Source: Octopus sinensis
Taxonomy: Eukaryota
DNA length: 64,000 bases
Assembly: GCF_006345805.1 (NCBI RefSeq)
Contig: NC_042998.1
Location: 31,682,001-31,746,000, forward strand
Direction of reading: 5' to 3'
Positions within the stretch are counted from its first letter, which is position 1, and each line of letters opens with the position of its first letter. Below are positions 52,977 to 64,000 of this stretch, piece by piece. The notes under the pieces are model-generated. The model was not told the origin of the DNA, searched no databases, and saw nothing but the letters and a program-made list of their open reading frames with translations. Both the position numbers and the translations under genes were made by a program.

Positions 52977-53537
52977 TTCTTCAAGTACCACTTGAAAAGG
53001 AAAGTGAGAGTAGAGAGGCAAGTTTTGTCTAGCGAATGTTTAAAAAAAAGATGGGTGAATGCAGCAAGGATGGCACGTATGAATGACGAAGCCACATTGA
53101 GCATAATCCTATGAACCCAGAAATTGAAAGCAGAGGGTTACCCACTTGCAAACAAATGTGGTAACATATAACAAAATTGACCAAGGTTACCGTGGCCTTT
53201 TTCGTAGGCTTTTCTTCCCACGGATAACCCTTACTTGCTTTCCCTTTACACCATACATCATAACACTGTGATACACGATCCCTATTGATAATTTTTTTCC
53301 TCTTCCCTTTTTTTTCCCTTTTTTCTTGTTTTTTTCATTTCCCTTTTCTTTTGTTCCTTTTCCTTTTCTTCTTTTTTTTCTTTTTTTACCTTTTACGATC
53401 CCTTTTGATCGAAAACCTACACCACCTTTTTTTGTTTCTTTTGTTTTTTGTTTTTTGTTTTTTTCCTCCCCCAAAAGAAAAGCTCTACCTTGTAACTTGT
53501 CCCATCTGTGTGCAGCCCTGTGTGGCCAATAAAGAAA
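52975..53537 (+). mobile_element. Tx1/L1-clade LINE 3' end
   Basis: ORF2-like C-terminus [43 protein letters not shown], pyrimidine-rich 3' UTR ending AATAAAGAAA, (ATCT)n on both sides. Confidence 0.65.
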
Positions 53538-53871
53538 CTTATCTATCTGTCTGTCTGTCTGTCTGTCTATCTAGCTATGCGTTTGTGTGTGCGTGTGTGT
53601 GCATATATGGAGTGTCTAGAATGAGACAGAGACAGAGCATATGTATTTAGGTAGATAGGTTGGCAGATAAGAAAATCCTCTCAAAACCTACATCAAAATG
53701 TATATCCATGTAAATATCAGCAAATGCAATGGACAGAATATATAGAACAAGGAAGGGTGGGGCGATTAGAAATGCACTTGCTACTGTATGTGTGCATGTG
53801 TGTGTGTATGACATACCTATAAAAAAAAATATATTGAATTACAAATCTATAGAATAGTAAATCTCGGACAC

Positions 53872-53933
53872 AGAAAATGTATTTCACGTAGTCTGAATAT
53901 TTTTACATTCAGACTACGTGAAATACATTTTCT
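53872..53933. repeat. Perfect 27-bp hairpin with 8-nt loop
   Basis: AGAAAATGTATTTCACGTAGTCTGAAT / ATTTTTAC / ATTCAGACTACGTGAAATACATTTTCT. Confidence 0.92.
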
Positions 53934-54155
53934 TGATCTTTATAATGAAAAGCAAGAAACCAACACATCTCTTCTTTATCAGGGAGTGAGTTTCAAGTTT
54001 AACGTAATAATTCAGTATACTTGTTTGAGTGTTTTCATTATGGGACGAAAAACGGCCCCATGCACAGATATCGAAACGTCCTTTGTTAAATATAGGACAT
54101 TAGTGAGCAGACATATTTATACGTACAAATGTGTATATACATATATACTACAACG

Positions 54156-54447
54156 GTGCTCAGTCGGTTACGACGACTAGGGTACCAGCTGATCCGTTCA
54201 ATGGAACAGCCTGCTCATGAAATTAACGTGCAAGTGGCTGAGCACTTCACAGATACGTATACCCTTAACGTAGTTCTCGGGGAGATTCAGCGTGACAGAA
54301 ACAGGATGTGTGAGAGGAAGTTGTGGTAAAAAAAAGTACAGCAGGGTTCGCCACCTTACCCTGCCGGAGCTCGTAGAGCTTTTAGGTGCTTTGTTCAATA
54401 AACATTCACAACGCCCGGTCTGGGAATCGAAACAGCAATCATACGAC
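54156..54447 (-). mobile_element. SINE family C, head truncated
   Basis: Homologous to 18871-19226. Confidence 0.8.
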
Positions 54448-55098
54448 ATATAAGTACATATTTCTATATGTTTAATCTTGGCGTGCTTGTTGACGAAGAC
54501 TTCGCCTAGCAAATTATTTTATTTGCTAAATGTTATTATTTTTCATTCTCTTCGAGATTTTATCCGTAATTAGTGGTTTGAACTTTAGCTGTTCCTTCAA
54601 GCGTAAGAAAGTCCTATGATGGATACATCTTAATGTGTTTAAATGTACACTGTATTTTATATGAATAATATATAGTCTATTGACTAATTTTTCTATACAC
54701 TAGGCCACTGGTAGTAAAAAATTTTTAAATCCTTATAACTCTGATATTATATATATATATATATATATATGAGATATGATGGTGTCATTGAGACCCAAAG
54801 GTGTCAGGTAATGCTGAGTAAGTGCTATAGACAGACCATAGATAAGTTCCAGATTCGGTAATATTGCGAATAAAGGGTTCAAAGTTGGTTCTATGTCAGC
54901 GTGTGTATATAAGAATATATATATATTACAGGCGCACAAAGCACCGTTTAATGAAATATAGATTCTAAAATTATATCTCTCATGTCCATCCCATATACAC
55001 TCAACAACGGAAAACATATAATGCAGAAATTGCCACAAGATTAAAAAAAAATGATCTCCTTGTTGGACTTTGGCTGTCAAGCGTTGTGTTTTCTTCAG

Positions 55099-55183
55099 AA
55101 AAGTTAATTGAACTTTTGCATGAATTGGCATTAAAAACAGTGTTGGAACAGAAGCAATTGTATAACCGGTCATTTAAGATGTG
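55099..55183 (+). CDS. Candidate 85-nt internal coding exon, product unknown
   Basis: Acceptor TTGTGTTTTCTTCAG, donor GTG|GTAAAC, open phase 1-2 frame EKLIELLHELALKTVLEQKQLYNRSFKM. No partner exon or family identified. Confidence 0.3.
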
Positions 55184-55847
55184 GTAAACTCTTTCTTTGT
55201 CTTCTTAATTTGATTCACACACACACACACACACACACAGATACACATACACACACACACTCACATACATAATGCATACATACATATATATATACACACA
55301 CACACACGCACACACACACACGCACACAACACACACACACACACACACACACAGACACACACACACACACATATATATATATATTTACATACATGCAACA
55401 CATTCAATTTTAATTAAGATAATAGGCAATTTGGATAAAATGCTTTCTAAATGCAAGGATATGTAGGTTTTCGTCTTTAGGAGACACCTCAACTTCAAAG
55501 AATTTTCATTACTGTAAAACTGAATGCACGAACTATAAGCTACTTTGTTGTATTAATATATCAGTTAAGACCTCATTATAAAATCACTTCATTTTTAAGC
55601 AAACGCATGCTCTAACGCCATTCTTTAAGTAAATGAACACTTGTGATTCCGGTCATGGCATCTGAGCTTAAGAATTACTGTTAATTTAATTATTTTGGAA
55701 GTCACTGTTTTATTTTAGAGACATTAGGTCGACTTAAAATATCCTGATTGCTTTGATTCCACTCAGAATGACCTGATCAATATTCCAATATAGAATTATT
55801 CTACAAACAAGAATAAAATTTTAAATGCAGACGCGTCGAAACTTGAT

Positions 55848-55919
<72 letters not shown>

Positions 55920-56629
55920 CGCATTTCTTCTTTTAGATATATTTTTATTATTATTATCAATAAATTTAAGTAAACCGATCAATAAGTGACAACGTTAGAC
56001 AGTGATAAATATATCAATTAGAACTAAATATTACGTAGTAATATTAAGCTGTATAAATCTGTGAGCTGAATTTAAAAGTTTTATGTGAATATCGAAAACA
56101 AACAGCTTTAATTACAGCACTTCTGTTAATTGCAAATATGAGATGTGTCTTCCCATAATACTTAATCACAGTTAAGTAGATAGAGATATTGTGAATTGTG
56201 TTCATGAAATCAATATAATATGGCGTCAAAAGTAAAATAAGGATTAAATTCCTTTAACTACAATAGAGGAATGAATAAAATGACAATACAACCTTATTTA
56301 TAGTACATCGGTGTCACGTTGCGGGGACTGAACTTTCATTTCACAACGAACGGGATGTTTACTGTCAAACTCAGTTTGATAATTCCAGTTTACACATGTT
56401 GTTATCTAATTCTGCGCTGGAAACAATATTTGTTCTGTCTCTATAAATAAGCTATACATCAGCTTATAACTGGATATCTGTTGTAGAATAATGTTTATAT
56501 ATTCATATGGATGAAATGAAAATAAAGCAGCAGTATTTTTCTTGGCTTCATCCTTTGTGGTAGGCATTTGGAGTGTTTCAAATATTCAGGAAATGTTTTA
56601 GAACAAACGCAATTTTATAGATTCCAAGA

Positions 56630-57250
56630 GGGAATCGTATTAGGTTGCTGCAAATCATTGTCGTAAAGTCTTGTCAGCAGTTCATGACTCTCTGGGAAAG
56701 CATTCAACCAGAAGTTAGGAATTTTATCCTTTCTTGCTTGATATCCTGAGAGTAGATCATACATCCTTTACGTTGATACCCTCCCACTTTTTCTCTTCTA
56801 GGGAGGCTGAGTCAGTAGATATTCTATCAATCTAAAGGGCCTTTTTATTTTGCTGTTTTTCTTCTGCCCCAATTTTCTTCTAAAATTCCTGCGCTTCTTC
56901 TTTTCATGGGACAGGCTTACTGATATTTTACTGATCTTCCTGTAAAAACTGCTTGGGTTATTTTTGAACATGTTATTGTCCTTGAAGAACCTAGCGTGCT
57001 TTTCATACCGTGCTATGCAGGCGGCTTTAGCTGATAGCTTTTGCTTGATAGTTTCTGTGGTGGTATCGATGTCAAGTATGGATTTTATATTATACTTTTT
57101 CTTTAATTTTCGGATTTTTGTCAGTTTGATATTCTTGTCAAACTTAAAGTTTTTTAAACATTCTATGTCAGAATTAAGTAACTGAATTTGTTGTTGGATA
57201 TACTTTTGTCAAAAAGGTTTTTTGTGGAAATGTTGTCGTTTCCTAATCTT
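56630..57250 (-). pseudogene. R4/Dong-clade ORF relic (region upstream of RT)
   Basis: ETIKQKLSAKAACIARYEKHARFFKDNNMFKNNPSSFY, then DKIPNFWLNAFPESHELL..LYD..LQQPNTIP. Confidence 0.8.
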
Positions 57251-57401
57251 TTCACAACATAAACTGTTCAGATTTTAACGGATGCATAATACATGTGACT
57301 GATATTTGTAATATCAACATCATTAGCTGAAATTATAGTTTTAACTGCAAGGCAGACTTTACCAATTACTTTCAGGTTTTGGCTAGAGTTGCAAATTTTT
57401 G

Positions 57402-57505
57402 GAAAGGATAAAATTCCTAACTTCTGGTTGAATGCTTTCCCAGAGATTCATGAACTGCTGATAAGACTTTACAACGATGATTTGCAGCAACCTAATACGA
57501 TTCCC
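57402..57505 (+). repeat. Inverted duplicate of 56630-56733 (R4/Dong sequence)
   Basis: 104 bp, 4 mismatches. Confidence 0.92.
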
Positions 57506-57689
57506 GCACACACACACACACACATGTGGACCATTTCTCGATTCCGAGAACAATTCTATTTCATGATAATCTGTGATATGGTTTACTTCTTCGTTTGGCT
57601 AAATTCTATCCTGATGTTATCGCTGAACTGATGTCACCGAGTTAAATGAAGTCACTTACGCATCTGCTAAGACGATTAAAACCAGTCGT

Positions 57690-58150
57690 ATGCCTCCGAA
57701 AAAACAAACAAACAAAAAAAAAAAACAAGGAAATACAAACATAGGAAGAATTCCAAACCAGGGAAGTAAAATTGAAATAATGAGAGGTGAAGCGTTAATA
57801 TCAAATAAACTACTTTGTTGGAACAGTGTAAGATCCAGAAGTGGAAGAAATATGAAAAGAAAATATAGATTCTCACCAAGAGAACTACTTTCAGCAAAAG
57901 AAACATTACAACAAAACGTCCAAGCAAAAGCTCAAAGAATAAGATTTGAGAAATGAAAGAAGTTTTACATGTAAAATAAGTTGTCACATCCAAAACGAAA
58001 AAATTCTACAGAGAAATAGGGAACAAGAAAATAACCGTTGAAGAATGGAAGAAATTGAACACTTTTGAAAAAATATTTGGAGTGGTTAAAAGACACAAAA
58101 TTAAAAGTGACACATAGAAATTCAAAATCATAAGAACGCAAAAAATCTGT
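57690..58150 (+). pseudogene. Second, divergent R4/Dong-clade ORF relic
   Basis: KRKYRFSPRELLSAKETLQQNVQAKAQRIRFEK, then KKFYREIGNKKITV..EEIEHF.KNIW across frameshifts. Equivalent to the region at 56900-57100. Confidence 0.7.
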
Positions 58151-59498
58151 CTTCCCACTTTGATGGGAATTATCAATTTTACAACTTGCAAAAGGAAAAA
58201 TAAAGAAAAAAGAAAAAGAAGAAAAAATAGAATATTTAGTCAAACAGTTTTGTGTAAATACGTTAAAATTGCCCTGTCATTTTAGTCATTTCTTGTCGGC
58301 GTGATGTTAATAACTCGCAAACATATTTGTCCTCATGCATTTTGAGTACACAGAGTGTAGAAGATTCAGAATATTTTTTGAGTATATGCACTTTCAGGTC
58401 TTTTTAAAATTTGCGGCCGTCTGTTGTAAAATGTTCTGACTCCAAGAAAACTAACACTGGGGGTTCTGAACGCTGTGCCTTGAAAAACAGCCGCAAGAGG
58501 GATAAGTCCTGTTTATTGCGCAACAACATACGTCAAGTCAATTCCATGAAGAATCATAACAAAACTTTTATTTATGTTTTTGTGCGCATGCGTTTGCGTT
58601 TGTATTTGTGTGCGTGTGTGCACAGGTGTGTGTGTCTGTGTGTGCGTGTGTATGAATTTGCTTACTACACTGATTGTACCCGTGTCTTATAATTAGTGAG
58701 TTTTTGTGTTCGTTTATTTATCTATTTTTCTTTGTTATTCCGTCTATAGTATCTGTGTGTGTGTAGTCTGTAGTATACGGTGTACTGAGGGACGATATAG
58801 AAACAAGACAATGAGATATCTTGTGGAGACAACACGTAGCATAGGTCAGTGGAGAGGTGGAAAGTGGCGGGACTTAAGGAGGAGAAACGCTCCTCAGTGC
58901 TCTATCAACATGCTCCATAAGACTATGCAGGCTCAGTTAAAACAGATGTTAAGATGTTATCAACAAATAGAACAGACACGACTCTTAGACAGATTACAGA
59001 GACCACAGACAGTAATAAACAAACAAAGCCTCAGCAGAAATCATGATTGGAATGATAACACGCCTCCACCCCATCACATTATGCAATCTGACGACTAAAA
59101 TCAATCAGAAAGAAAAGAAGACAAATACAACCAGTATAATACACATACAGACACACACATGATACACATACACATACTAAGGACAGAACGAGAAAAATAA
59201 ATAAGTAAATAAATATGCATGTTAATAAGCGAATAAATAAAATAACTAAACAAAAACATGGGTAAAAATCGTGTAGGAAGCAAACTCTTATATACGCACA
59301 CACAGAGAGATAGAAACGCAAACGCATGCGCAGATAAAGATACATACCACAGAAAGACAGACTCGACTAAACAAACCATGAGGAAACACGTGGCATAAGG
59401 AGTTGTTGAAGAGTTGACAGGTTGTGTGACAAAAGAATTTTGACAAAGAAACAAAACAACCAATAATAATAACAGTAATAATAATAATAATAATAATA

Positions 59499-60055
59499 CA
59501 GTACCAGGCAGTGGCACTCGTGACTTCTGATCAGAACTGATTGAAAGTGTTATCATGTACATTGTTTTGTCTTGGTATAAAAGATGGGCTACAGCAAATA
59601 TTCTGCTCAATACTACAGATTTGCTTGTCAGTTGTTTGACCATAACAAGTTGAGCATGTCCCTTATTGGCTGACGATATGTGCATCTCTGATCACGAGCA
59701 GAAGTAGTAGGGGAGCATCATAGACATGTGTTGAGAGGGATTCTTGGAGGTTTGAATAATTCACCTCTGGAAACATGGGTGTTTCGTTCAACATCCTTAA
59801 ACAACCCTTATTCAGGGATCTTTTGAGCGGGATGGTCTACTCCACCTGAAGAAAATTCTAGCTGGGCCCCACCTGCAAGGTCATGTGCTGTTTATCTTGA
59901 TATGAGAACACCATGTCGCGCATATATGGTTGTGATGCATGTGCCTGGTGTACCCTTATCAGACGGGTAGTCCTGATGGGTATACTGGGCTTCGTATATT
60001 TTACCCCAGTGTCACTTTGATGGCATGCACTGCTCTCTCACTCAATAATAATAAT
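59499..60055 (+). mobile_element. Retroposon T, full length (about 545 bp), inside a (TAA)n tract
   Basis: Starts CAGTACCAGGCAGTGG after (TAA)n, ends CTCTCTCACTC(AAT)n. Confidence 0.88.
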
Positions 60056-61276
60056 AAAAAAACTGAAGTAAAAGACCAAAAACAGTGCGTGTGTTTTATG
60101 AGCAAAATAGGACCATCCCCGGGTATAACAGCAGTTATTATAAATATTGTTGATTTATCTACAGAGTTAAACAATTGATGTAACATTCGGTTAGGAAAGG
60201 TTATGAATGTAAATTAATAGTTGAAAACTTTCAATGCTGCCTCTGTGAACATAGTGATTTATTTCAAAGCCTCGATTTAATAATAAATTTCTGCCTAATA
60301 TTTAGTAATGTTGGCCAGTATTAAGTGTTTATCGTCGTAATGTGTTAGTAACGAATATTTCTGAATGGTTTCCAGTGTTTATCTCCCTTTATTTCTTTAC
60401 ACCTATACTTACAGCATAACTAAGTCTGACCTTTCTGAAACTAGGTTGTGTAGGAGGAAAACTGTAAATCATTACACTGGCCTTGCAACACGATTACTGC
60501 ATCACTGATGTAATCACGGCTCACAATATTTTTTACGTCTTTCCTATACTGATTGGTTTGCTTTTTAATTAATTTTAGTGTAATGCTTGTTTTTGGTTAA
60601 GTTACATCCGTTTTAGCAGTCATTAATACATGAACTTGATAAGCAATATTTTATGCATGTTTATTCTCTAATTCACTGCAGTCTCGTTTATTAAACACTA
60701 GTTTAATTTTTCTTTATCATTTTAATTTCATTTACAGTAGTGACGTCTAGCTATTAATCTTTTTAGTTAGCTTTTTTCCCGTTGGTATTGTTGTTACATG
60801 TAACATGTGTCTTAGCTATCTGCTATAGTCATAGCTTCTGTTTTTAATGTTAATTGCCTTATAATATTGTAATGCCTTGTCTTCGCTTTATGTAATTTTG
60901 CGTTAGTAGTCATCAGCACATAGATGTGATAAGGAATATTTTATATTACTTTATTCGTTTTTTATCTAAATTTTGTTTATTGGACACTAATTTAATGGTG
61001 GTTTATACTTTCAGTTTCATTTAGTCTAGTGTGTTTTATGAATTAATCTTGTTAATCTCTAAACAGTTTGTATAAGTTTTATTCTGCTGTTGTAGGTTAG
61101 CACAGTAACTTCCGTTATGTGATGTGGGCATCCAATCCTAATACACGAAAGTGCAAGCAGTGGTGATTCTTATATCGTGTAATTCCCAGACAGTATATAA
61201 ATGTTTTGTGCGCTGTGAACAACGTTGGACTGAATAGTATTGCTTGGTGTGGAAACCACAGTGATTCCCAGTAGAG

Positions 61277-61318
<42 letters not shown>

Positions 61319-61967
61319 TCAGACACACACACAATCAAGGACACAAACACATGCACACATAAGGACATAAAAAAATACACATCTTAGAACTGAATGGAGA
61401 AAGTGATGGAGCAATAATACACGCGAAAACGAAAAGTATCGCTGAAGAGGTCACAGATGTGTGGCGAAAGATTTCCGTACAATGGACATGAATTACAATA
61501 AAAACAGTAATAAGCGTGTGAAGAAAAAAATCATACATATAGTGCAGGTGTTTATTTAGCAAGAAAAGAAAGGGAAAACTATCCCGAAATACAACAATAT
61601 CTATATCTATATATATATACATACATATGTGTGTGTGTGTATATACGTACATTTATATGTGTGTGTATGTGTGTGTGTGTGTGTTATTGCGTGTGTATCT
61701 GTGTACGTACGTACGGGTGTATGTATATGTGTGCGTTACAATATAAACGAGCAAGACATGCAAGTCAGCCATTTGTTATTGCTAACAATATCAGGATCCC
61801 AAGCAAAGCATGTAGCAATTAAAACGTTTTCTTCGTGAGAATGATTATGCAATTTGGTCTCGTCTTCAATACGAACCATGAACAGGAAATCTTGTGAACA
61901 TGTGCGGATGACAAGCTTTTTCAATTTACGATGTTCCTTTCTGAATAGGATACATATACATACTGTC

Positions 61968-62025
<58 letters not shown>

Positions 62026-62989
62026 TATATATATTATATATATATATATATTATATATATATATATATATTATATATATATATATTTACATACACGTATA
62101 AATGTATGCATGTACACACGTATACACACACAAACACGCTAATATGTGTATGTGTGTCTACGTGTATGGTGTGTGTGTGTGTGCATGTGGTTGGGCATAG
62201 AACTTGAATGAAATCCGTATATGTAGCAGTTGTATACGGAAGAAAAATAATAACCTTTGTTGAAAGAATCATTACATCCTTTCGTGTGAAATTATTATAT
62301 TTTCATTAGTTTAGTATTTGTTATTAATAGCATATCTTAAAAAAATTAAACCGACATATTAATATCATATTTTACACAATCAATGCAATGTATTTTTATT
62401 TCATTTTCGAAAATACACAAAAAATGTACACATTTAATATGAAATGCAATTTAGTATCACAATACCATATGAAGCTAAATGCCGTTATCACAATGTTCGT
62501 TCAAATTATAAAAAATATTATTTCCATTGTTTATTTAATATTATCCATTTTATGATGTTTAGATATTGTTTATATTATGTATATGTTATGTATGTTTAAA
62601 TATACATAAATGGCTTCATTTTCACTGTTTTGCGACGAGTGTATAATTTGCGTGTACGAATTGAGTAAACGATATTTTCACAGAAGGAAGACACGAGTGT
62701 TCCAAGAACGTTTATACAATTTTGAAATTGTTAATAGGAATATTGAATTCAATATATTTAATTCTTATGTTTCAATAATGTATAGCAATAAAGGTTTATA
62801 AAAGTATAAATTATTTTATGTTATTTTAGTGAAATCCTTCATGTGACATCGCTTGATTTACGCACTCAAGTATGGCCCAATACCAAATGCATTTAGCAAC
62901 GTTGCCATATATGGTAATGTGATAGATACATACAAATACACGCACGTACACGCATACACACATATACACATATGCATACGAGCACACAT

Positions 62990-62991
62990 GC

Positions 62992-63030
<39 letters not shown>

Positions 63031-63080
63031 TACAGGTATACTTATGTATATATATGTATACTTGCATGTACACCTCTATA

Positions 63081-63125
<45 letters not shown>

Positions 63126-63143
63126 GTATATATATATGTATAT

Positions 63144-63177
<34 letters not shown>

Positions 63178-63356
63178 ATATGTATATATATATGTATATG
63201 TATATATATATAATATATATATATATATAAATACACAAATACACATATACATATATATACATATATATATGTACTTGTGTGCATATATGTATGTATGTAT
63301 GTATATATATCTATATATATATACATATATAATATATATATATAATATATATATAG

Positions 63357-63389
<33 letters not shown>

Positions 63390-63560
63390 GTACGTATGCA
63401 TAAGCATATGTATAAATATATATATATAATGTATAGATTTAAATATATATGTATACATAGATACACGCATACATATATAATTAAGTCTATACACACACAC
63501 GCACTCACACACATATATATGTATACAAATACACACACACACACACACGTACACGTATCT
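62990..63560. repeat. Compound (TA)n/(TG)n/(CA)n low-complexity tract
   Basis: Direct reading. Comparable tracts at 3160-3490, 8720-9020, 11845-12075, 12485-12700, 41180-41560, 52195-52360 and 52700-52860. Confidence 0.95.
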
Positions 63561-64000
63561 GAGTTCTTATGGATATGAGTCGATGTTTATTTTTATATGC
63601 CTATTTCAATAAGTAATGTTACAGTATATTGATGTGCATTTGTGAATTTCTTTTCATTGCAGCTAAGGGATTTTCAAATGTGGCTTCTATTAATTTCCGG
63701 TTCGTAGCAGAATTGAAATATAACACTGCAACTATATTGGAGCACAGAGCTTTATTTAACTCTAGTGTCATAATGTCTTCATAAATCTCAGAGTCAAGAA
63801 CAAGTCGGGGAAAATGGTGAGCTGCAGATAAAATCAAATATTCCTGTATCTCCTTTGGGCAATAGAAAGAATGGAGCATATAAGTGAGGTTAATACAGTT
63901 TTCTGCTAAACCAAGCCCTTAACATCATAAGTTAAGTTTTCTTACAATAAATTCATACACACACACATACACACACACGCAGGACAATGTGTTTCAGAAC

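Noticed and set aside
54733-55173. 146-aa minus-strand ORF
   Set aside because: Runs through (TA)n tracts, has no recognisable motif, and overlaps a better-supported plus-strand exon candidate.
55845-55915. Phase flips (TAAT/ATTA) inside (TA)n tracts, seen at many loci
   Set aside because: Indistinguishable from slippage or long-read indel errors, so no structure can be inferred.
58706-59098. 130-aa plus-strand ORF
   Set aside because: Begins in low-complexity sequence, has no motif, and lies among retroelement relics. Cannot be assigned.
61381-61490. Transposase-like phrase IAEEVTDVWRKIS (and a Tc1-like echo at 19440-19600)
   Set aside because: Single short motif with no TIR or second motif nearby.

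Overview
AT-rich eukaryotic genomic DNA, extremely dense in microsatellites ((TA)n, (TATC)n, (TACA)n, (CA)n, (TAA)n). The repeat families and microsatellite load are most consistent with an octopus/coleoid cephalopod genome; this is inference. No host protein-coding gene could be recognised. Most ORF-track entries are microsatellite read-throughs, and only a few low-confidence exon candidates remain, so the window is probably intronic or intergenic. Identifiable content is mobile DNA: four tRNA-headed SINE families, non-autonomous Helitrons, a foldback MITE with telomeric repeats and an 8-bp TSD, Tc1/mariner fragments, and relics of R4/Dong, CR1, Tx1 and Penelope-like (PLE, GIY-YIG) retroelements. 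The most interesting signal is about ten short PLE-type termini carrying minimal type-I hammerhead ribozyme folds in five distinct architectures. Two of these have non-canonical catalytic cores: U4C in a single structurally intact copy and A6U in several copies. Also notable are repeated fold-back palindromes, microsatellite-class-specific insertion patterns, and a SINE 3' tail shared with a Tx1-clade LINE.
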